From Priapulus caudatus (lineage: Eukaryota): a stretch of DNA of 20,422 nt. This document shows, in pieces, positions 9,801-19,320 of the stretch. The translations under genes were made by a program, and so were the position numbers. Under the pieces are notes generated by a model. It worked only from the letters and a program-made list of their open reading frames with translations, had not been told where the DNA came from and ran no database searches. Numbering within the stretch: the first letter of the stretch is position 1; every line of letters starts with the position of its first letter. The DNA is taken from assembly GCF_000485595.1 (NCBI RefSeq), contig NW_014577064.1, positions 1,124,223-1,144,644 of the forward strand. Reading direction: 5' to 3'.

Positions 9801-12800
9801 CAGACATGATGATACTTTTGTTTCTTCAATATTAACAAGTCCATAATAGAGAAGAATTATGCACGATATGGGCTTTCTTTCATGGATTCTTGACATTAAC
9901 CCATGTAACTGATTATGCAATAAAGCCAACATTACGTAATTTCTTGTGTGCCATAACTCAACTTAGCTATCAAATCATGCACACCGACCACTTTATCATA
10001 TTTTGTAAATTGCGTAAATATAACAAAAAAACTATACCCATAAGAAAAACAATTATTGAACACACAAATAAACTCCTAACAGTCTGGGTCAGAATACTGC
10101 AAACAAGAGACAAATGAAGACCCAAGAAATTTCAGGCTGGCCTACAGACGCACCTTTTCCGCTGCACTCCCTCCTCCTCCATAGAAGAAATCTGTTTTAC
10201 GCCCTAGGAAACTGAAGATGGTGTTGAGGAGCTAGCAAATAAAAACAATAGTCATAACGGCATAGGTCCATAAACTAAAGCCTAGCTATGATCAAGATTA
10301 TTAGCCCCTAGGCCTACCCGTGTTGCCATTTGCTCCACTACAGCCCTATGGCAGACCAACGGGCAACACGGGCAGAGCTATTGATCACAAGAGCTGTAAC
10401 CATGTATTTGTGGGTATGTACTACAATGATGAGCATATTTGGCTTCTTTAAAAGATCAGAAATGGAGGAATAGAATGATGGGTACAGATATAAACGTAAC
10501 CATATCATTTAATACCCGTGATGTTAGTGTGCTGTTTATATGCAAATTTGGTTTGATAACGGTTAGTTGGAAAAAACCATTCAATTAAAGTGTGAAAATA
10601 TGGGGTATTGACAAAGACTTACAATAGTGTTTATAATTACCTGTTGCACAATGAAAGGTGACGATTAAAAGATCTACTTCCACAAACGTTTTCTGGCCAA
10701 TGACACAATGCCAAAACAGTCAAGCTGCCACTTTAGGGAAGCGTGCACTACCTTTAGGGAAGCGTGCACTACCTTTTCTAGCTGAAACTTGCTGTATGCA
10801 CTATAACTAACACAGTGAACTGCCACAACAATAACTTAACTTAATCAGCAGCAGTTGCATAGAACAGCAAACTTTAACCAGTACTGTTGGCTATAGCACA
10901 ACAATCACTTTATTACGGTTATAGTTATACTAGAACTTTATAGTATATAGCAGATTATAAACAGATAATCTATAAAATTAGAAAGTAAACTGAGCAACTC
11001 AAGTTCAATTAACAAAAACTTTATTACAGTTACAAGGGTAGAAATCAACTTTTGAACAAGGGAGTCGAACAAACAACCTGCTCTTGAAAAGAGGGAGTCT
11101 GCAGTCTAAAGTTCAAAACTAAAGATATTAAAAATAACGCATGTGCTTATTTTAAAGATTCATGCGGTTGCACGTCTGCCAAATTTTCTTTGGACATTTG
11201 CTGAAAAAATACGGTAATACCGCGAGGCCATGCTCTGGAACGAACTAGTTAGGCAGAATTTTCAGCGAGTGACACGGACTCCTGCATATGTCAAATCAGG
11301 GAGTCCGACAGTAAACCAGGGAGTATTTGACTCCGGACTCGCGTAAATTTCGCACCCTGCAGTTATAGTTACACAAGTGATAGTATACAGTAGATTATAA
11401 ACAGATAATTTATCAAATTAGAAACCAAACTGCAACTTAAATTTATATCCACATGCAATTTACTATAGGTCTATCTAGATATAGATTCGTACTTGTAGCA
11501 CTGATACTAGAAGTGACTAGGATCATTATTTAATTTATAAGTGAAATACATCTGGTTCTCTATGATATTCTTTCTAGATTTTACAATTAAGATTTTGTTA
11601 ATAAAAACTGAAATTTCGTTGAATAAATAGTTTGACAAAGCGGTGTAGGTTTATTGAAAATCTATTCACAAATCCATATACTTATTACTGTTAGTTACAG
11701 TATATTAAATTAGTGTCAACTGTCATGTTTATTTATTTTCATACCACTTTCACTGTGTATATGTGACCCGCTCCAGCAAAACCAGGATTAAGTAGGAAAT
11801 TATACAATTCAGTTATGTGCATATCTTAATAGATCATTTAATTACCTTTAAAATTATATATAATATTTGGCTATATCTAAAGAATTGACCGATCTACAAC
11901 AATTTGAAGATCGGAAACCGACTTATTCCGGAATATGCAGCTTTTGAGAGAAAGCGTTCCGGGTAAGGGGCCAGTCGGAGATCTTGTTGGGTTACATTTA
12001 ATATTGTATCCAAGCCACAGGCACTTGGGTCGTTTCAATAATAAAATGATAGTTAATAAGCCTACAACATGTCAGTACTAGACCTGGCAGTATTCATAGT
12101 TTGATTTGACCTAATAACTTCCCTTTAATACCGTCCAATACACCGCTGCAACACACATTCCTATAGCGCGCACGCCATTGTGCACAAATACACAGTAGGA
12201 TAGAGAAGGTAAGAAAGCGTCCGCACAGAAATTCCAGAACGCTCTAATCTTTTCACAACATTACAGCAAAAACAGTCGCCCGTGTGACGTCACTTCGCAT
12301 TAACAGCGCCGGCGTGGCTCGTCTTGGAGTTGGGCAGGCGGATGCAACTCCTCCCAGAATGCAATGCGCCACCATTACTCATGTATTGCTCCCATTTACG
12401 AAACGGCTCCGTGGGAAATTCGAGCAGGATTTCGCGTATAATTCTGAGTAAAGTATGTGGTACCAAGTTGCAAGACGGATATTTCGAACAAGTGACCATT
12501 CAGCTACACACAGATGCCAATATCATGGCGGTTCGTTGTATATTTTTGCTGTAATGTTGAGAAAAGATTCGAGCGTTCTGGAATTTCTGTGCAGACGCTT
12601 TCTTACCTTCTCTATCCTACTGTGTATTTGTGCACAATGGCGTGCGCGCTATAGGAATGTGTGTTGCAGCGGTGTATTGGACGGTATTGAAGTGAAGTTA
12701 TTAGGTCAAATCAAACTATGAATACTGCCACGTCTAGTACTGACAAGTTGTAGGCTTATTAACCATCATTTTATTATTGAAACGGCCCAAGTGCCTGGGC

Positions 12801-13235
12801 TGTGATCCAAGCAGCGTGCGCAGTGTACTTGCGAGTTATGTTGCACAGGAACATTTGAATGGGGTTTACAATAAATTATCAGTAATAATAGGCAAAAAGC
12901 ATCTAGAGTTTAGTAGTAATTAAATTTCGTGTTTATTTACCATCATTTTATTATTGAAACGTTCCAATTGCCTGTGTCATTCCTCTCCGAGTCTCTCTGA
13001 TTCGGCGACAGTTCATGGAAATTAGAAAATAGAATGTTCGAGCCTGTTGATATTTCAATTATTTACCCATAATGTCCCGCGTAACGTATGCGTATAAATG
13101 TTATGCAGTGATGCGACTAGATATACACAATAGATATTCTGTGCGTAAACTTACATCAGGAACTCCCCCCTCGTGCTGCTGTGCCATAGCAAGCAACATG
13201 CTATCAAATCTATCTTCCCCGCTGGACGCCATCAT
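6796..13235 (-). CDS. NUDC: Nuclear migration protein NudC (dynein/LIS1 pathway co-chaperone, CS/p23 domain); complete, 9 coding exons, 1020 nt, 339 aa
   Basis: Hand-spliced exons with GT-AG ends: 13235-13155, 10231-10154, 9688-9575, 9362-9171, 8892-8788, 8309-8115, 7741-7658, 7329-7211, 6847-6796. Continuous frame from [25 protein letters not shown] through [34 protein letters not shown] and [22 protein letters not shown] to [20 protein letters not shown]. Confidence 0.96.
7211..7329 (-). CDS. NUDC: NudC exon 8
   Basis: cag|[39 protein letters not shown]+AA|gtatgt. Confidence 0.94.
7658..7741 (-). CDS. NUDC: NudC exon 7
   Basis: cag|[28 protein letters not shown]|gtgagg. Confidence 0.94.
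7775..8094. mobile_element. Tc1/mariner-pogo (Tigger-like) MITE, 320 bp, in NudC intron 6
   Basis: TA|cagtgaaaccccaattttacgcg ... cgcgttataacggggccacactg|TA: CAGT termini, TA TSD, internal acgcg sub-repeats. Confidence 0.8.
8115..8309 (-). CDS. NUDC: NudC exon 6 (CS domain)
   Basis: cag|[42 protein letters not shown]...VVVNMEK|gtatt. Confidence 0.93.
8520..8771. mobile_element. Truncated hAT-like non-autonomous element in NudC intron 5
   Basis: Ends in gttggcatctctg (reverse complement CAGAGATGCCAAC, hAT-type terminus) with aattcgta sub-repeats and a gggggtccggcatgcccccccggaattttt core common in animal MITEs. Matching left end not found, so the left boundary is approximate. Confidence 0.55.
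8788..8892 (-). CDS. NUDC: NudC exon 5
   Basis: tag|[35 protein letters not shown]|gtgggc. Confidence 0.93.
9171..9362 (-). CDS. NUDC: NudC exon 4
   Basis: aag|[30 protein letters not shown]...AKSADS|gtatgt; exact acceptor uncertain. Confidence 0.85.
9575..9688 (-). CDS. NUDC: NudC exon 3 (coiled coil)
   Basis: cag|[38 protein letters not shown]|gtac. Confidence 0.88.
10154..10231 (-). CDS. NUDC: NudC exon 2
   Basis: tag|[26 protein letters not shown]|gtgcgt. Confidence 0.93.
10731..10776. repeat. Perfect 21-bp tandem duplication
   Basis: ctttagggaagcgtgcactac x2 plus cttt. Confidence 0.9.
10907..11440. repeat. ~111-bp tandem duplication whose second copy is split by a MITE
   Basis: actttattac..gttatagtta..atagtata..agattataaacagataat..aaattagaaa..aaactg begins at 10907 and again at 11018, resuming at 11360. 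Confidence 0.8.
11035..11359. mobile_element. hAT-like MITE (~325 bp) with 8-bp TSD in NudC intron 1
   Basis: Ends agggtagaaat / atttcgcaccctg; TSD cagttaca (11027-11034) and cagttata (11360-11367); gggagtc sub-terminal repeats. Confidence 0.75.
12018..12797. repeat. Long inverted repeat: arms 12018-12272 and 12543-12797 (~255 bp each), 270-bp spacer
   Basis: Manual alignment gives 9 substitutions and no indels between the arms. Confidence 0.95.
13155..13235 (-). CDS. NUDC: NudC exon 1
   Basis: [27 protein letters not shown], donor gtaagt. Confidence 0.92.
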
Positions 13236-13391
13236 GACTCGTTGTCAACGGGCTGCCCTCTGTCGCCTCGTTTTAAAATAAAAACCATTTTGCTTTTTAT
13301 CTTGACTTTGTTGTGGTAGTTGAGGTTTTATCGTGATTTCACATATTCTTTAATTAAACCAATATAATGTGATGCTATCTCCGCAATAAAC

Positions 13392-13397
13392 TTTATT
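13392..13397 (-). promoter_or_regulatory. Candidate polyadenylation signal of HGSNAT
   Basis: First minus-strand AATAAA I found downstream of the HGSNAT stop; part of the near-palindrome aataaactttatt. Confidence 0.45.
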
Positions 13398-13940
13398 TGA
13401 ATTTAATATTGAAGAGGGGGGGGGGGAGCATAGATGTTACAAAAAGTACAATGTACAAGATGCAAAAGAAAAATGCAGAATTACACTGCATAATACATTT
13501 CTTGTGTTTTATCTTCTATACTATAGATAACGTTATATATATTAGACTATAGCCTAACAGTTCATATGCATACCAGTTATAATTAAAATAGATAACAATC
13601 CATTCAAACTTTCACAATCGTAGCTGTATTCATCTGCTATATATTTGTATTGATATAAAGACTAAAGTACAATTTATAAAAGTACAATTTCAAGCCAAGA
13701 CTAAGTGAACATGTGTGAAAAAGGACATCAATCACCCCGAGTGCCAACAAGATTATATAAATTAATACGCATAAATAATTGTAAATGACTCTTGCCATAA
13801 TATATTCTTAGATAATTATTTGTGAATTTCATATGCGATTTTGCCATTGTTCAGACCACCCTATTTTGTATTGTGCTAGCATGTTCGAAGTTGTATCATA
13901 GATAATATGATCGCGTAATTGATAGTGTAATGTTGTCACT

Positions 13941-14119
13941 CTATAAGACGAAGTACTCTCGTATGTAATGCAAATAGTGACCTACAGCCACCCACAGTGA
14001 CACTCCCCACAGGTCCATTGCCAGGTGCTCTGCGTGTGAGACTGTGAACGGCACCCACGACCATGGCAGGTAGCTCCCAAACACCTCGCTGCCCAAGTAG
14101 AGAAATATCGAGTTCATGC
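13941..14119 (-). CDS. HGSNAT: HGSNAT last coding exon
   Basis: cag|GC+[21 protein letters not shown]...[12 protein letters not shown]. Confidence 0.94.
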
Positions 14120-17100
14120 CTGCGATACACAATTGAGTAACTTTCTTTTCATTTATTTTGGAACCCACAATTTGCTGAAATAAATAATGTTCAAGTCCAC
14201 GATTCCAGTCACAATGTGTTTGTTTGCCAGGTTCTATAGTTTCATCACATAGCATGCAACTAAGAAATTTAGGATGGCCCCACCTGGTTGGTAAAATGGA
14301 CTCCCATTCCATATGTATGCGACATCGATAAGCCAATAGAAAATGGCAAGCACGAGGAATGCAGAGCCTGCCATGCCCAGTACGTATGAAACAGACCTGT
14401 GTTAACATAAATAACATTACAGGTATAAGTATAAACATACATAGGTGTACTAGGGCTGTTGTTACAATTAATATAGATTTCACCACATGGGCGATAAAGC
14501 CTAATTAGTGCTCGATTCTCATTAATTAGCTTAAATTGTCAGCACTGAGATATATATAGAGATGAGGATGAGATCTACTAAAGCTCACCAAAGATTCTTG
14601 TTAACTGGTATCCATCCATCATTAGCTGATGCATTACACAACATGAGGGACACACCTCCCTGTAAAACAAGTTGTATGTGTATACTATAGCATCTATCTG
14701 CAACTTCCAACATGTAGAGTGTATTCACACATCAACAACTTCTGTTGGAAGAATAAATTAAATGGCCATTTTTTCATTAAATAAAAAAAAATCGACACGA
14801 GTTCAAAAATGAATAAACGTGTTGAGAGTATATGACTTTTTATGACAAATCCTCGCAAAAAATGTTCAAGAGTTCTTACAGCTTGCTAGAACTAAAGTAA
14901 AAGAAGACGTACCTATAGTAGCCATAATTGTTATCAAATGTAAAAAAATGTACCCAGGTATTATTTTGATGCATCTGTTAGAAACAAAACGTTGATTTTA
15001 AAGCTGACCTTGAAGAAAATAGAACGACACGCACAGTTACACACTCTCACGTAGTGTTACTATATAAGTGGCTCATCGTGTCAGATGTAGTGTGTACTAT
15101 ATTTGGCAGGTACACAAATTAAGGTACACAATGCTAATGTGTTACAGACTTACGGTGATTAGTGCCCAGAGTAAAAACCTGACAATCCTGCTTGTGTGAT
15201 CGCTGAACGTTGAGACTATCTTGCCAGCCTATAGACATGCAGAAACCCAAATTTCAGTATATATTGTAATCTTTCATTCGACTCCCTCCACGATGGAAAC
15301 ATATATGTGGTATTCTGACGTTACACTTGCTTTATATGAAATCGAAATTGCAATCAGCAGCAGGTGCGATCAAGTAAACATTTCGCTGTTTTGATAATCA
15401 CTCATTATCGCTCATACATATCTCATGCAAAATCTGTTTGATACCTGAACGCCGAGAAAAACCAGGAAGGCAGATGACAATGTTCCCAGAATTCCCTCAG
15501 GGTCGTAGGGCGTTGCAGTTTGATACAGCTTCTGTAAAAATAACTGGACGTTGTACACAGGCATTTATTTTTATGGGCATTTAAACATATGACTTATCTA
15601 TCAGGAGACAATAACCAAATATTGTGTAAAAAAATCTTTAGTTAAGTTACTATACCTACATAAATGATGACAGGACATTGAGAACTATGATACAACCTTT
15701 TCGGACCCATGTGAATACATGTGATTCACTCCCAGTATCAGTCTGTCTATGTAACCAGCTGCTCCTCCAGTGCAGTTTTCATATGTACTATGTTCGCTGA
15801 TGCCTCCTGGGCCTAGGTAACCCCTATGCACAGCCAGCAAAACGAAATGTTCACTCACTAGGGTCACGTCTAATTGGTTGTCTTGCTGAATAACATCGCT
15901 AAGTATTTTAGAGGTGAGTCGATAGGTAACTAAGGTTTCGTGATTTGCTGCACATAAAGTATAGATGTGTAGCTATATATACTGTAGAAAAAATGCAACC
16001 AGGAGGAATTTGAGAGATTGTGTATGTTACGGCAAAAGCGAGATCATGCATTTATGGACAGTTCTGTAGTTTGTTTTATTCTATTTTACCATAATCAAAT
16101 ACAATCTAAAGTAACTGCACTTGTGTGTGTGGGCTTTTACATATATACCTATAACATATCCCACCATATAAATATATACTGTCTCTCTTTGCCAATTCAT
16201 CACTTACTTGCCACAATCTGGCACTTCTAGCAAGAATGTGAGGCAGAAGTGCACAGCAAGAAGTACCAGCATTGCCAGCCACTGCAACCAGTACGCTCTC
16301 ACATCTCTAAAAGCAGCACAGCAGCCGTGCTGAAACAATGACAATTAGGTGCCAAATATGGCATAGCATAATCTTACGAGATCATTTCGGAAGGGGGTGA
16401 CAATAAGAGAAAGAAAAAAACGTTTTATTGCTCATAATTGAAAAGAATAAATTGACCCATAATTAAAAGTAAACAATTACTAGTCTCGTAAAGGCCCTTA
16501 ATTACTTGGAGTAACATAACCCAGTCTATGACAGTTGGTTAAATATGTAACTGACAGAAAGGAACCATTCTATACAGGGATACCTTAAACCAAGTAATTT
16601 GTCTGAAATACAAACTCACCTGATGGCAGTTGGAATCTCTATACAGCAGATAAACAAGTATAGCCACAATCAGGTAACACAGACTAAACCGCTGCAGAAC
16701 GCCAGGAATGCGCAGCTTCTCCAGATCATTGCCTAGAGTAACGATAGAGACCAGCTTCAACATTTGTATTGATATGATATTCTGCAAGGACGTTGTTATC
16801 TGACATAATCATATTACCTGCCGCTAGACCATGCAGTGCTCATATGAATGGTGTGGTGACCATGCAGTGATTATATTACCTATGTGGTGACCAGTGATTA
16901 TATTACCTATGTGGTGACCAGTGATTATATTATCTGAGCAGCACTCAATCATTATATTACCTGTGTGGTGACCAACCAGTGATCACACTACCAGTGATTC
17001 CATTACCTGAAGGGTAGCCAGAATTTAGCATGAGTCCAAGCGCAAATAACTTGACTGACCGCCAGACCATCTTCCTGATGACCAACGTTCTTCCAACTTT

Positions 17101-17259
17101 CTTCCTCACTTGACTCTCAACAGACAGCATAATGGAGACGCCCATTATCCACATGAACCTCCAAAAGATGAGATAACAACCTATCATCAACATGCCAAAT
17201 ACTGCCGTCTAGTTAGTAAATAGAGGGAGGGTATAATAATGTGACTGAATTTCATATGC

Positions 17260-17324
<65 letters not shown>

Positions 17325-18869
17325 AATGGCAAAAAATTAATCTAATCCACAAAGACACCCTTTTTTTCTAGACAAAATTAAAGCTCTTTTTCTATTATGA
17401 CTACATCTAGGGGTTACTAACCATGGAAAGACTAAGTCAGCTACAGTGAGTCCATTCCAGCGCGCATGTTTGAAGAACCAGTACTTGCCTCCACCATAGT
17501 TTACAAATATCATCACGGCAATGCTTAGCCTGCAACATCACAAACACCATGATCATCACCAAATTCTCTTCTTTTTGGCACTGTTAGAATATATTTTGTT
17601 GTTGTTTGAATGCTGAATGTCGTTTTATTTACTATATATAGCCAGACCACGATGACTAAAATTCATAGTGAATGAGAAAAAAGTTTAGTGAACAATAATC
17701 TTTGCTAGGTTGTTGAGCTAATTATTTTTTTTAATTGCAAATCACATGTGAATTTTAGCCTAAGCCTGTAACATGTTAACCTAAGCTACACATTATATCA
17801 TAGATATATGTTCATGGTTATGAAGAATGGACGATATAATGATGCACACATTACCCTCTAAATGTATCCAGTGATCGCAGCCTTTGCTTCTGCCTGTCAT
17901 TGGTGAGGATTGGTGGTTCAACCGTGCCCCATGCAACAGGAGAGGATGGTGTGCTAAGGCTGGTAAGGCTTGCAGCATTTATTGTGTCACTTGCATACGA
18001 ATGTGCAGAATGGGAACCAAGATCCTGCCAACATAAACAACTTTGATAAATGCAACCATAGAAGGTGATGAATGATTGTTAGCATACTTAGACACAGGAA
18101 AAACATCATCTAATGCTACCATTATCTATCATTTTATGCTATATAAAAATGTGCTATCATATATTTATCTTGTAATTTTCAATTAACATAACTGTATTTA
18201 GTTGAATACTTGCCGCATTAACCAATCTCTCTGTGTGCCAGCAATCCATGATCTTGTGGATAATCTGATATCTGAAATACATTAACAAATAATATGTATT
18301 AGACATGATATGTTATATATGCTAGTGGCAGATTCTACATCTTAGAATATTTGAAACCCTGCTAGCTAAGAAACAACATTAAGAATATATACCTGTGTAA
18401 GAAGGTGATCAGGAGCCATATCAATGCCATCACAAGGTAAATGCAAAATGAAACCAGTATGGCTGGGGAAAAACATAAATAAAATTGTCCATCGGTGCAT
18501 CCACTCACTCTGTAATATTCTCAACTTTAGACTGCTACATTGGGTATTTACTAAGAGCTAATAATTATAATATCTCATATTATATATTGGTATACCTCTT
18601 GGTATTATTAGCTCTTGATAGTATTGTACCTTGCAGAGACATAGTTATGCTCACCATATATTCAAATGCAAAATTGGACATTAGAAAATTTATTTCCATA
18701 TTGTATTACATAAGACAAATATACATAGTTAAATATAAAGACAGACTCACGTAAGGTGCTCCAGTGAGGATATTCCATGATGGCTAATGTTATATTGTAT
18801 GATGCAGAAACTTGTGCAGGGGTGATAAAGAGAGTGTACTCCCCCCACTCTCCGAATTGAGTCGTCATA
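13941..18869 (-). CDS. HGSNAT: Heparan-alpha-glucosaminide N-acetyltransferase (lysosomal multi-pass membrane enzyme); 14 exons in window, ~520 aa, 5' exons missing
   Basis: Exons 18869-18751, 18462-18393, 18271-18214, 18024-17855, 17529-17422, 17158-17007, 16732-16620, 16329-16208, 15823-15697, 15531-15445, 15228-15154, 14659-14589, 14396-14284, 14119-13941 join in frame. Motifs [42 protein letters not shown] (catalytic His region), [49 protein letters not shown]. Confidence 0.96.
14284..14396 (-). CDS. HGSNAT: HGSNAT exon
   Basis: cag|G+[37 protein letters not shown]+G|gtgggg. Confidence 0.93.
14589..14659 (-). CDS. HGSNAT: HGSNAT exon
   Basis: cag|[23 protein letters not shown]+TG|gtgagc. 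Confidence 0.93.
15154..15228 (-). CDS. HGSNAT: HGSNAT exon
   Basis: tag|[25 protein letters not shown]|gtaagt. Confidence 0.92.
15445..15531 (-). CDS. HGSNAT: HGSNAT exon
   Basis: cag|[29 protein letters not shown]|gtat. Confidence 0.94.
15697..15823 (-). CDS. HGSNAT: HGSNAT exon
   Basis: tag|G+[42 protein letters not shown]|gttgta. Confidence 0.94.
16208..16329 (-). CDS. HGSNAT: HGSNAT exon
   Basis: cag|[18 protein letters not shown]...[11 protein letters not shown]+AA|gtaagt. Confidence 0.92.
16620..16732 (-). CDS. HGSNAT: HGSNAT exon
   Basis: tag|GC+[25 protein letters not shown]...CHQ|gtgagt. Confidence 0.92.
16808..17008. repeat. 27-bp intronic minisatellite (cagtgattatattacctatgtggtgac), a few intact plus degenerate units
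   Basis: Two exact adjacent units at 16865-16918, with partial units on either side. Confidence 0.85.
17007..17158 (-). CDS. HGSNAT: HGSNAT exon
   Basis: gag|G+[12 protein letters not shown]...[19 protein letters not shown]+G|gtaatg. Confidence 0.9.
17263..17321. repeat. (AT)n microsatellite, about 29 units
   Basis: Read directly. Confidence 0.97.
17422..17529 (-). CDS. HGSNAT: HGSNAT exon (active-site region)
   Basis: cag|G+[35 protein letters not shown]+TG|gttagt. Confidence 0.95.
17855..18024 (-). CDS. HGSNAT: HGSNAT exon
   Basis: cag|DLGSHSAH...[11 protein letters not shown]+GG|gtaatg. Confidence 0.9.
18214..18271 (-). CDS. HGSNAT: HGSNAT exon with GC donor
   Basis: cag|A+[19 protein letters not shown]|gcaagt. 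Confidence 0.78.
18393..18462 (-). CDS. HGSNAT: HGSNAT exon (first TM helix)
   Basis: cag|CC+[22 protein letters not shown]+AG|gtatat. Confidence 0.85.
18751..18869 (-). CDS. HGSNAT: HGSNAT exon (luminal domain end)
   Basis: cag|T+[16 protein letters not shown]...PHWSTL+C|gtgagt; FGExGxYxL motif. Confidence 0.82.
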
Positions 18870-18945
18870 CTGCAATAATCAAGTGCTGTTATGTTTTAAT
18901 TACCATTACCAATTTACCCACACCACTACTACCAGTATCATTACC

Positions 18946-19230
18946 TGTGTACAGTGTGTATAGTGTGTATAGTGTGTATAGTGTGTATAGTGTGTATAGT
19001 GTGTATAGTGTGTATAGTGAGTGTATATTGTGTATATGCTGTATAGTGTGGTATCAGTGTGTATAGGTGTGTATAAGTGTGTAGTAGTGTGTATAGTGCT
19101 CGTATAGTGTGTATAGTGTGTATAGTGTCTGTATAGTGTGTATAGTGTGTATAGTTGTGTATAGTGTATTATAGTGTGTATGTGTGTATAGGTGTATATA
19201 AAACAGTGTGTATAATGTGTATAGTGTGTG
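18946..19230. repeat. (TATAGTGTG)n 9-bp minisatellite, degenerating to the right
   Basis: Perfect units at ~18955-19019, then indel-containing units; followed by (GTGC)n-like sequence to ~19270. Confidence 0.95.
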
Positions 19231-19320
19231 TTCGTGTGGGGGGTGCGTGCATGCGTACGTGCGTGCGTGTAGCCACAAGTTGCAATTGCTCGGCTTCCTC
19301 ACTACGTGGCTCTATGAGCT

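Noticed and set aside
11760..11998. Possible TA-flanked MITE starting tgtgacccgctccagcaaaacc
   Set aside because: Looks like a transposon end, but the putative partner (gggttacat) matches only about 9 bp; not enough to call.
12290..12721. Short ORFs inside the inverted repeat as a transposase or cargo gene
   Set aside because: Under 90 aa with no recognisable domain.
14130..14250. Intronic C/D snoRNA (minus-strand GTGATGA)
   Set aside because: No CTGA D box or terminal stem at a suitable distance.
13941..14486. 181-aa minus-strand ORF as a single-exon gene
   Set aside because: Only the last 59 codons are HGSNAT; the rest is intron and an out-of-frame exon.
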